64,000 nucleotides of DNA, taken from a virus. Taxonomy: Duplodnaviria > Heunggongvirae > Uroviricota > Caudoviricetes. The stretch is from IMG/VR virus record IMGVR_UViG_3300035501_000524. One strand, 5' to 3'. Positions 55,504-64,000 of this stretch are shown here, piece by piece. Position 1 is the stretch's first letter. Each line of letters opens with the position of its first letter. The position numbers and the translations under genes were made by a program. Below the pieces are notes generated by a model. The model ran no database searches and was not told where the DNA came from. It saw only the letters and a program-made list of their open reading frames with translations.

Positions 55504-55854
55504 ATGGCAAAAAAAGTAAAACAATATCGTTACTATAATGAGCCATCAGCCGCAGGTATAACTAAAAATCAGCCGACCAGTTCAAAACGTTCAGATTTTG
55601 TTTCTGGTTCTGTTTTTGGAGATAACTTCCCAGTTCTTCAGCTAGGTATTCAAGCTCTTCCTGGAACTAAATTCTACCTTAATGATGGGGTTGACCCCAT
55701 CATTATTGGTAGTACAGGAATTTATGAATTAGATTTAAGTGAAGAGACTGAAATTAGCGCAATTTCTTTTGATGCAGATTCAATGAAATTAATTTCAGAA
55801 AATAATAACGCTTATTTAATAGTGGATATTATTTATGATAATGGGGAGGATTGA
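55504..55854 (+). CDS. Hypothetical small tail-module protein, 116 aa
   Basis: RBS GGAGGATAAGGAGAA. Confidence 0.45.
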   Translation: MAKKVKQYRYYNEPSAAGITKNQPTSSKRSDFVSGSVFGDNFPVLQLGIQALPGTKFYLNDGVDPIIIGSTGIYELDLSEETEISAISFDADSMKLISENNNAYLIVDIIYDNGED

Positions 55855-55858
55855 TTGA

Positions 55859-58800
55859 ATGGGATTTTATGGTAATATAACAAATACATCAAGAACTCAA
55901 TTTCAGTTCGATAAAATATATTCAAATAGATATACAATGGATTTAAATTGCGGACTTGATGGAGTTTATGCAGGTAGATTTGTATTAGTTGAATATGATA
56001 GTGAAATACAGGAAGATTCATTCAAAGACTTCTATTACGATGGATTAGATATGTATACTGCCGCTGATACGAAACAGTCTTTACTTGATTCAAATCTTAT
56101 TATAATTACAGAATTCAAAGAAAATAATAAGGTTTTTGGTGGAACAGTAACGCAAAATAATATTGTTGCAAATAAAACTATTGTTCGAGTGGGTCCATAC
56201 AAACGACGTTTTAATGCTAATAAAGATACAATATATGTAAAAAATCTTGGTTCTGGAAAGTATTTAGAGGTTACTGAAGAAGATTATAAAAAATATAAAA
56301 GTGAAAAAGGATCTTCTTATGATCCAGAGAGTTTAACTACGAATAAAACCTATATTGTTAATGGTATTTTACAAATTTTATCACAAGATTATAATCAAAT
56401 AGGAAATATTCTTCCTGTTGAGGCTGGAAAATCTTATACAACGAATACAACGGAATCATTCTGGATTGCCACTGTTGAAGAAACAGTAAATTCAAATAAT
56501 CAATATCCAGTTACATGGAAAGAATTAAGTGCTAGTGATACAACTTATGTTAAGAATCATTCTATAGATATTGCTTGGTATGGAGATAGTAGAGGATTTG
56601 ATTCAACTGTTTGGCAAAAAGTTTATTCTAGTGGATCTGAAAAATATGTAATGGTTGCAGAATTAAATACTGTTGTGCCAACATTTGCAATATCAGCAGA
56701 TGCACCAACAATGTTACCAATCGTTCCTCATTTCGATACAGATAGCACAAATGTTTATTATAAAGTTCATTGGCAACCTCAATGGGGCGTAAGAATTAAA
56801 TCTGCAAATAGCAGTTTAAAAGGAAAGCAGCTTGCGCAAAATGGTGATTGGATACCAAATACTTCAATTTCATTAACTTCTGATGAAACTTTTTATCCAT
56901 CAGATCAAAAAACTTATTGGAAAAGAGATTATTATTCTAGTTTAGAAAATAAAAAAATAGAAACTTATTATGATGAAGAAAATTCATCATGGGGAACTGA
57001 TAAAAATTTTATAGATGCGGCAATTTATTTTAATAAAGATGGCTTTGATTCTGATATTATTAGTTATAGTGAAGATTTATCTGTATTAGGAAGAAACAAT
57101 TATAATCCAAAAGTAAACTGGGATCAAAAAGATAATATTTCTTTATTACCTACTGGATTAAGTGGAACAGTATATAATCCGCATGATGGCTATATAGATT
57201 TAAAACCAATGGAAGACATTCAAGAGCTTTCTATTATGCTTCCAGGCGTTGGAGATACTATAGCGCATGTTTGGGATCTTATTTATGGTGGTAGAACAAC
57301 CAATAGTGAAATTGGTAAAACTAGTAAAAGAAATACTGATATTTCTTGGGAAGACGCAAAAAATACTCTAAATCGTCAAGGGCTGCGATTAGTTGGGCAT
57401 GGTACTAACATATATAATAAAGCTGAGGTTAATACATTAGCGGGATCCATTAATACAGCACATGATTTAATGGGTATGATCATTGCTTCTGTGAATGATA
57501 GTGATTCTATTGATCCAGAAAATACAAATAATTCTATAGGTGCTTTTAATGAAGATAGAATTTATTGTGTTAAGTCTACTGGGGAATATTATAGAAAACA
57601 TAAAACTTATGAATATACAGAACTTTCAAAAGAGAATTATGAATATAAAGAAATATCTTCTTTACCAAGTAATGCAAATATTTTAGAATATTTTATTAAA
57701 AAAGATGATAATACATATGTTCAAGCAGAAAAGGAAAGTAAAGGTCCATATTATGAAAGATATCTTAATGTAGAGAATGAATACTCTGAAGTTAATCTTA
57801 ATCCTTTTCCACCAACATTACAAGATAGTAATGGACAAGAAATAATATGCAGATATAGAGATTATACTGGAAATATAGATATTCCGGATAGTATTTATGA
57901 AGGTATCAAAGAAGATGCAGGTCGAGAAGCTGCAAAAGCAGAATATATAAAACTGCATTCTGATTATATTTATGATACAAAATATTATAGTGGAAAAACT
58001 TATTATAATGTTACTATAAGTGATCCCGTTAGTTTATCTGCCGAATATACACCAAAAACTTATTGGTATAAAAAAGAAGATGAGTGGGAAGATGAACAAC
58101 AGACATCTAAAGAGGGATATACGATAGATAACTCTTTATCTATTACCAAAAATAGAACTTATTTAATTTTTCATCAAGAAAATGCAATAGAAATAACAAA
58201 GATTCCAGAACATAATTATAATGGGATTTATATCCCCGGGGTTTATTACTATGCGCAATATAATGTAGTTGATAAAAATATGGAATTAAGTGATCTTAAA
58301 AGAAATCTTGCTAATGGAGTAAAATATTATCAGAAATCCAGTGGATCTCCTTCTTGGTTTGAGATTGAAGGCGGAACAAGAGAAGATGGTTCAGAATTTA
58401 CCGCAGAATCAGTTTTAGAGGAAGCTTATAATAATCCATCATACAGTATTGCTACAGTATCTTATATCTTAGATAAAAATGAAACAGCTCAACCAAAAAC
58501 TGTTTATTATTCAATAGCAAGTCAGATCGTTGAGGATGGTAACAAATATCAAGTTATAACTGTATATGAAAAAATTAATGTTGATGAAACAAATTATATA
58601 AGTGGATTATATTATATTTATGATAATGATATATATAAATTATCTTCAGATCCTTATGATGCATCAAAGGAATATTACCGACAAACTGAAAAATTAGAAC
58701 CAGTAACAAACTCTATTGTATTAGATTTAGGAAAACCTTTTAGCTTAATTTCTTTTGTAGATGGTCTTTTTTATACATATTCAAGCGAATTATCTACAGG

Positions 58801-61303
58801 ATCACAAAGCTTTGATGTGGTAAGAAAAACAGATATTGATCCAAAAAAAGATACTACTTATTATGTATTAGGGTACAATAAAGAAACTGGTAGTATTAAA
58901 CAAGAAGATTTAAAAGAAAGTGATAAAGCTTTTACTCAACAGAATGAATTTTATCAATCTGGAGTTTATCATTATGAAAGTGACGGAAGTTATCTTTTAG
59001 CAACAAATAAATCTTATATGGAAGATAAAGCTCCATATTTTACTTTAACAGATGTTAAAGAGGTAACATTAGAAAATGTTTATGAACCTTATGAATATTA
59101 TGAAAAAGAAACGATAAATGGAGAAGATAATTATACTTTAGTTAAGGATGATACGATTTCAGATCAAAAAACTCTTTATAAGCGAGATTCTCTTTATGTT
59201 ATGGAAGATGAAACTGGAACTTATAACAAGGGAGCTATTTGGAACTTTGAGGCTAAAAAAGTGCCAGCTACATTAGTTCTTGGAAAAAGAACTAATGCTT
59301 GGGATATGGTAAAATTAAAAGATTATGCAAAAAATCTTAATACTCAAAATGGATTAATTTTAAAGACAAATCAAGTGCTTGAATATGATGATGATTTAAC
59401 TCGTGATACTAGAACTGTAAATGGATGTATTAACTATTTACAAGATATTATTGCAAGATTCCATAAAATGGTTCCTGGTCAAATTATGATTGTAGATGAT
59501 TATGGAAGACTTCATAGTGCACAACATGAAGGAGATGATTGGTTAAAAATAACAGTAGATTCTAATGTTAATGAACCAAAAATTACCTTAAATCATCGTC
59601 CAAAAACGGTAGATGAAACAGCTAAGTCAGGAACGGATTTAAATGATCCTAAAGAAGATACGATAACTATTCAAGACATTACGTTTGATACAACTGGACA
59701 TGTACAAACTAACCAAAAGCATACTTATACTTTACCTTATGGTTTTAAAACGATTAAGACTGATGGAACAAATTCAAGTGTTAAAGATATAGAGATAAAA
59801 GATGATCAAAAAAAACCTATAGTCGCAGATAATACTCAAGATGAATTGACAATAAACCCAGGTAATAATTGGATTAAAATTGCCAATGATGCAGAAAATG
59901 ATATTGTGATAATTGCACATGAGGTTCATAGCATAGATGAAAAAACAGAAAAAAATGAAACTAATTTAAATAGTTCTAAAGAAGATGCTATTACTCTTAA
60001 AGATATTACCTTTGATGAAGCTGGTCATATAAAAGCTAATCAGCCACATGAATATATACTTCCTTATGGGTTTAAATATATTAAAACTAATGGACGTGGC
60101 TCTAGTACTATAGAAAATGCAACAGATACGCCAACAATTACAACAGTTGAAGCAGATAATACTCAAGATACACTGGTATTAAATTCTGGTAATAAATGGA
60201 TTAGAATTGATAGTGTTGATGAAACAACAAATTCATTAACATTCTCACATGATATTCATACCATTACCACAAGTACTTCAACAGTAGACTTTAATGAAAG
60301 TGGAAATACTTTTTCAATTCCTACTTTATCTTATGATGAGGCAGGACATATAACCTCAAAAGCAACTTGTACTTATACTCTGCCAAATAGTTTTAAAACT
60401 TTTAAAATTTATAAAGAGTATGATACTACTTCATCAGATGATATTAAAGAGATTATTGCTAGTGGAATTTTAGATACACTTTCTATTCAACCAAATAACA
60501 AATGGATTACTTTAGATGTAGATTCTAAAGATGATCATAAGTTAGTTATTAAACATATGGAGCTTAGAACAGAAGATGAGTCAAGAGGGGAAACGACTGA
60601 TCAATACCCAGCTTTTGGAAAAACATTTAGAGCTCTTTCTGTTAAAGTTGATAAAGCAGGTCACGTAACAGATTTAGCATCTCATACAGTTACAATTCCG
60701 CTTCCTAGTTTAACTGATGAAGATGAAGGTAATGTAGTAACTGATTTAACTTTAAATGCTTCTGCTGGAGCTTTTACAGAATCTAAAAATTATATTGGAA
60801 GTTTATCAATTACAGGATTTACACATAGTTATTCTGGAGCAACTTTATTATCTAATACAGATTCATTAAATACTGCACTAGCTGCTTTAGAAAAAGCTAT
60901 TTTAGAAGAAATTAATTCTAGAGAAACGGCAATACAAGATCTTGATATGACAGAGATTTCAGCCGAAACAGGTCAGATAATAGAAAAAGTATCTCAAGAA
61001 GATGGTAAAGTAAGTGCATCGGTTAGAGCTTTAACTGCTGATGATATTCCAACACTTACATTAACTAAAATTAGTGATGCGGGGTCGATGGCGGCAGAAA
61101 ACGCAAATGATTATTTAACTAAAGAAACTATTGAAAAAACGTATATTACGTCAAATACACAATTCACCTATGAAGCTCCGACTGAAGATGAATCTGATCC
61201 TGATGATAAATTTGATGATAGAGATACAACAATTGAATGGCTCTTCCAGAAGGTTGCTCAATTAGAAAAAATCATTAATGAATTACAACTTGCAAAAGTA
61301 TAA
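55859..61303 (+). CDS. Giant tail fibre protein, 1814 aa, with about four tandem repeats of a roughly 100-aa domain (DITFD..GH......H.Y.LPYGFK.IKT.G) and a C-terminal coiled-coil
   Basis: Repeats visible at about 59620-60700. Terminator hairpin at 61312-61338. Confidence 0.55.
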   Translation: MGFYGNITNTSRTQFQFDKIYSNRYTMDLNCGLDGVYAGRFVLVEYDSEIQEDSFKDFYYDGLDMYTAADTKQSLLDSNLIIITEFKENNKVFGGTVTQNNIVANKTIVRVGPYKRRFNANKDTIYVKNLGSGKYLEVTEEDYKKYKSEKGSSYDPESLTTNKTYIVNGILQILSQDYNQIGNILPVEAGKSYTTNTTESFWIATVEETVNSNNQYPVTWKELSASDTTYVKNHSIDIAWYGDSRGFDSTVWQKVYSSGSEKYVMVAELNTVVPTFAISADAPTMLPIVPHFDTDSTNVYYKVHWQPQWGVRIKSANSSLKGKQLAQNGDWIPNTSISLTSDETFYPSDQKTYWKRDYYSSLENKKIETYYDEENSSWGTDKNFIDAAIYFNKDGFDSDIISYSEDLSVLGRNNYNPKVNWDQKDNISLLPTGLSGTVYNPHDGYIDLKPMEDIQELSIMLPGVGDTIAHVWDLIYGGRTTNSEIGKTSKRNTDISWEDAKNTLNRQGLRLVGHGTNIYNKAEVNTLAGSINTAHDLMGMIIASVNDSDSIDPENTNNSIGAFNEDRIYCVKSTGEYYRKHKTYEYTELSKENYEYKEISSLPSNANILEYFIKKDDNTYVQAEKESKGPYYERYLNVENEYSEVNLNPFPPTLQDSNGQEIICRYRDYTGNIDIPDSIYEGIKEDAGREAAKAEYIKLHSDYIYDTKYYSGKTYYNVTISDPVSLSAEYTPKTYWYKKEDEWEDEQQTSKEGYTIDNSLSITKNRTYLIFHQENAIEITKIPEHNYNGIYIPGVYYYAQYNVVDKNMELSDLKRNLANGVKYYQKSSGSPSWFEIEGGTREDGSEFTAESVLEEAYNNPSYSIATVSYILDKNETAQPKTVYYSIASQIVEDGNKYQVITVYEKINVDETNYISGLYYIYDNDIYKLSSDPYDASKEYYRQTEKLEPVTNSIVLDLGKPFSLISFVDGLFYTYSSELSTGSQSFDVVRKTDIDPKKDTTYYVLGYNKETGSIKQEDLKESDKAFTQQNEFYQSGVYHYESDGSYLLATNKSYMEDKAPYFTLTDVKEVTLENVYEPYEYYEKETINGEDNYTLVKDDTISDQKTLYKRDSLYVMEDETGTYNKGAIWNFEAKKVPATLVLGKRTNAWDMVKLKDYAKNLNTQNGLILKTNQVLEYDDDLTRDTRTVNGCINYLQDIIARFHKMVPGQIMIVDDYGRLHSAQHEGDDWLKITVDSNVNEPKITLNHRPKTVDETAKSGTDLNDPKEDTITIQDITFDTTGHVQTNQKHTYTLPYGFKTIKTDGTNSSVKDIEIKDDQKKPIVADNTQDELTINPGNNWIKIANDAENDIVIIAHEVHSIDEKTEKNETNLNSSKEDAITLKDITFDEAGHIKANQPHEYILPYGFKYIKTNGRGSSTIENATDTPTITTVEADNTQDTLVLNSGNKWIRIDSVDETTNSLTFSHDIHTITTSTSTVDFNESGNTFSIPTLSYDEAGHITSKATCTYTLPNSFKTFKIYKEYDTTSSDDIKEIIASGILDTLSIQPNNKWITLDVDSKDDHKLVIKHMELRTEDESRGETTDQYPAFGKTFRALSVKVDKAGHVTDLASHTVTIPLPSLTDEDEGNVVTDLTLNASAGAFTESKNYIGSLSITGFTHSYSGATLLSNTDSLNTALAALEKAILEEINSRETAIQDLDMTEISAETGQIIEKVSQEDGKVSASVRALTADDIPTLTLTKISDAGSMAAENANDYLTKETIEKTYITSNTQFTYEAPTEDESDPDDKFDDRDTTIEWLFQKVAQLEKIINELQLAKV

Positions 61304-61401
61304 TATTTAATAAAAGCCTGGTCTCATTGGCCAGGCTTTATTAATTTATAAGTTTTAGTTTTAATAAATATTAGGAGAGAGCAGTAAAGGAGGAAAATAT
61401 T

Positions 61402-62388
61402 TTGGCATATGTATCTAAATATACTGGATATGTAAAATTTTTACGTGGAACTCCTGACGCTTGGAATAGCCTGGCTGAGAAAGATAAAGATACTCTTTAT
61501 TTTATTTCTGAGACAGATGCTACTACTGGAAAATTATACCTTGGAGAAAAGTTAATTAGTGGAGCTATTTCTGGTTCTTCTTCTTTAAAAGATCTATCAG
61601 ATGTAGCACTTGCTACAACGATTCCTGGAAACTCAGTTATTGTTTATAATGATACTACTGGTAAATGGGAAAATAAACCATTAACTTCTATTCTTTATGA
61701 TATAGTTTCAGTAATGCAAGGAGCCACTTCTACGACAGATGGCCGATCTGGATTAGTTCCTACTCCTAAAGCCGGTCAAGAAACATTATTCTTACAAGGA
61801 AATGGAGAATGGGCTGATCCTACATCAACATTGACCGCAACTATAAATGGATTAATTGGTAGCGATACTGGTAAAACAATTCGAGATATAGCTGCTTCTG
61901 AAGTTGCCAAAATCGTAGCAAATGCGCCAGAAGATTTTGACACTTTAAAAGAAATTTCGGATTGGATCGCAGAGCATGAAGAAGTTAGTGATTTATCTAA
62001 TATCCTTAAAAAAGTTGATAGTTTAGATTTAATTGTTAATGGAAATGATGAGACTCAAGGCTTAGTTGCTGTTACTTCTGATTTAAAAACAGAATTATAT
62101 GGAGATGGCACTGATGATAAGCCTGGCTTAGTTGCTGTTACTTCTGATTTAAAAACAGAATTATATGGAGATGGCACTGATGATAAAATTGGTCTGATTG
62201 CTACTACATCTAATTTGAAAGTGGAATTGTATGGTGATGGCACAGATGAAAATCCAGGTCTGATTGCTAACTTTAGTATATTGCAAGCCACTGTTGGTGA
62301 TCTAAGCACCGAAATGAAAGACTTAGATAAACGAGTCGATGCTATTGATGAAAGATTGAAATGGCAAGACTTAGTTGAAGAAGATTAA
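61402..62388 (+). CDS. Tail fibre-like protein, 328 aa, with a tandem 20-aa repeat (GLVAVTSDLKTELYGDGTDDK, 3-4 copies); TTG start
   Basis: RBS AAGGAGG 7 nt before TTG 61402. Near-identical 60-bp direct repeats at 62055-62280. Confidence 0.5.
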   Translation: MAYVSKYTGYVKFLRGTPDAWNSLAEKDKDTLYFISETDATTGKLYLGEKLISGAISGSSSLKDLSDVALATTIPGNSVIVYNDTTGKWENKPLTSILYDIVSVMQGATSTTDGRSGLVPTPKAGQETLFLQGNGEWADPTSTLTATINGLIGSDTGKTIRDIAASEVAKIVANAPEDFDTLKEISDWIAEHEEVSDLSNILKKVDSLDLIVNGNDETQGLVAVTSDLKTELYGDGTDDKPGLVAVTSDLKTELYGDGTDDKIGLIATTSNLKVELYGDGTDENPGLIANFSILQATVGDLSTEMKDLDKRVDAIDERLKWQDLVEED

Positions 62389-62411
62389 AAAAAAGAGAGG
62401 AGTAAAAATAT

Positions 62412-64000
62412 ATGGCTAATGTAGGTTTTACACTTGGTCCACAATCTAAGGTTGATGAACTTATTGCTGCTGGTACCAGTGCGGGTGCCATAGAAGGTAC
62501 TTTTTATTTAACCTCAGATACTAACCGTCTATATATTGGTAAACAGGACACTTCCCTTGCTCCTGTGAACGAGGGTGTCATAACTGTTGCAACAATTGAT
62601 GATTTACCAATTTTTAAAGATAGAGAAGAAAAAACTGCAAATGCGGGTAGATTTTACTATGTTTCTACGGATAATATTTTATGCGTATACAACGGAAACG
62701 AATGGGTTCAAATTAACTCAAATACATATATAACCAAACACACGGCTGCTGTAAGTGCTTCAAATGATGTTGGTACAGTTACACATACTGTTACGAGTAA
62801 TAATAATGCTAGTCAATCAGCTAGTTTTACAGTAACAGGAAAAGATGGAATTAAAATCACTGGGACCGGGTCTGCGTTAACTATCACAGGAGATAAATAT
62901 ACTTTATCAAATGCCGCAGGTACAAATACTGGTGAAGTTGACATTAAACTTGATTCAGCTAATACTAGTAATGACACTAAAGTAACTTTAAAACAAGGTA
63001 ATAATGTTACTTTAACAAATGATTCTACAAATAAAACTGTAACTATTGCCGCAAAAGATTCTACGAACGCATCTTTAACAGTTGAGAATGGTATTAAGGA
63101 TGTCACCACTAAAGGATTTACAGTTGCTGTAGCAGATTCTTTTGGAAAAACTGTTAGTGGAACATTTTCTCCAGTTATCAAATATGGTAAAACGCCAGTC
63201 ACAGTTGAATTTGAAAATGGTACAGCTACTTTAGACGTTTATACTAAGGGTGAAATTGATGATACAATGAAAGCCCTTAATGCAATGACATATAAAGGTA
63301 CTATAGGTACTAATTCTGATGGTACAGAAGGTAGTGCAGGTACAACTATTCCAGCCTCTGGCGTATCTATTGGAGATACTTTCTTACTTTGTGGTGATTT
63401 AAAATACGGAAGTGTTAACTTAACTAAAGGTACTTTGTTAATTGCGCGTAGTTCAGATGGTACAGAAGGTAGTAACGGTTATATTGATGCTTCAAAATTA
63501 ACCTATGATATTGTTGAATCGACAAATGATACTGATACAACTTATCGTTTACTTAATTCAACTGTAGCTAATGGTGCAGGATTTGCCTTAACAAATAGTA
63601 TGAATGCAGCAGTTGGTACTATTCAAGTAGTTCCTGGAGCTAATATGACAGTAAGTGGAAAAAATAGCAACGATGATCCACTTACTCAGACTATCACAGT
63701 AGCTCACGCAAATACAACTCGTACTGAATCTGCTATTACAGCAGAAGGTCAAATACCGGCAGAATCACTTATTATTCAAGCTGTTACAGGAGTAACATCT
63801 GATAGCGCTGGACATATAACCGGAGTTGAAACAACAAAATATACATTAACAGATACTAATGCATCTTTGAGTACTCCAGAAGTTACAACTACAGCTTTCA
63901 CAAAAAGTGGAACAAATGTTGGTAATATTAAGACTAAAATTGCATTAAGAAACACGCTTAACAATGAAATATCTACTGGAACAGCTTATGTAAATATTGC
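62412..64000 (+). CDS. Tail fibre or major fibre protein; partial, runs off the window end
   Basis: ATG at 62412 after GAGAGGAG. The reading frame stays open to the end of the window. The product is Thr/Gly/Asn-rich with repetitive beta-structure-like sequence. Confidence 0.5.
   Translation, partial: MANVGFTLGPQSKVDELIAAGTSAGAIEGTFYLTSDTNRLYIGKQDTSLAPVNEGVITVATIDDLPIFKDREEKTANAGRFYYVSTDNILCVYNGNEWVQINSNTYITKHTAAVSASNDVGTVTHTVTSNNNASQSASFTVTGKDGIKITGTGSALTITGDKYTLSNAAGTNTGEVDIKLDSANTSNDTKVTLKQGNNVTLTNDSTNKTVTIAAKDSTNASLTVENGIKDVTTKGFTVAVADSFGKTVSGTFSPVIKYGKTPVTVEFENGTATLDVYTKGEIDDTMKALNAMTYKGTIGTNSDGTEGSAGTTIPASGVSIGDTFLLCGDLKYGSVNLTKGTLLIARSSDGTEGSNGYIDASKLTYDIVESTNDTDTTYRLLNSTVANGAGFALTNSMNAAVGTIQVVPGANMTVSGKNSNDDPLTQTITVAHANTTRTESAITAEGQIPAESLIIQAVTGVTSDSAGHITGVETTKYTLTDTNASLSTPEVTTTAFTKSGTNVGNIKTKIALRNTLNNEISTGTAYVNI

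Noticed and set aside
43736-64000. Diversity-generating retroelement targeting the repetitive fibre genes
   Set aside because: No reverse transcriptase ORF and no template or variable repeat pair with adenine-specific mismatches. The repeats are in-frame protein-domain repeats.
1-64000. Integrase or attachment-site signatures indicating a prophage
   Set aside because: No tyrosine or serine recombinase-like ORF and no repressor/Cro switch were recognised in the window. The region reads as a lytic-type early module plus structural module. The rest of the genome, where replication and lysis genes would be, presumably lies outside this window.

Overview
This window looks like a contiguous part of a tailed dsDNA phage genome, about one-third GC, with TTGACA-17-TATAAT promoters and AGGAGG ribosome-binding sites that point to a low-GC Firmicutes host. 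It splits into two halves.

Positions 1-16.9 kb, minus strand: an early, host-takeover-like module of about 45 small genes. Nearly every gene sits in its own unit: an A-tract UP element, TTGACA, a 17-bp spacer, TATAAT, a conserved leader ATCAAATGAAAGAGAGG that carries the RBS, the ATG, then a hairpin. Recognisable products are an AbrB-type regulator, a SLOG/YpsA-like protein, a nucleoside 2-deoxyribosyltransferase-like protein, a HAD 5'(3')-deoxyribonucleotidase-like protein and a DEDDh 3'-5' exonuclease. Around them are paralogous small-protein families A, B and C and several Cys-rich zinc-ribbon-like proteins.

Positions 16.9-64 kb, plus strand: the structural/late module. It starts at a divergent promoter pair whose two -35 boxes share a palindrome, and runs through a putative small terminase, the large terminase, a PD-(D/E)xK nuclease-like insert, portal, a scaffold or protease-scaffold, the major capsid protein and head-tail proteins, then a major tail protein, a 3386-aa tape measure protein and very large tail-fibre and baseplate proteins (1877, 858, 968 and 1814 aa), most of them internally repetitive.

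The less expected content is in the early region. A repeated intergenic element of about 200-300 bp recurs at least six times. Each copy carries TTGCACAAA/TTTGTGCAA operator-like half-sites and an AATTTCGGGA motif, and ends in a GC-rich hairpin (several ending in a T-run on one strand). In one copy a plus and a minus promoter converge on the same hairpin. These copies look like small-RNA or attenuator loci. There are also runs of promoter cassettes with no gene behind them, and a GC-rich island with a small gene on the opposite strand. No replication or lysis genes, tRNAs, CRISPR arrays or integrase were found, so the window is probably a partial genome.
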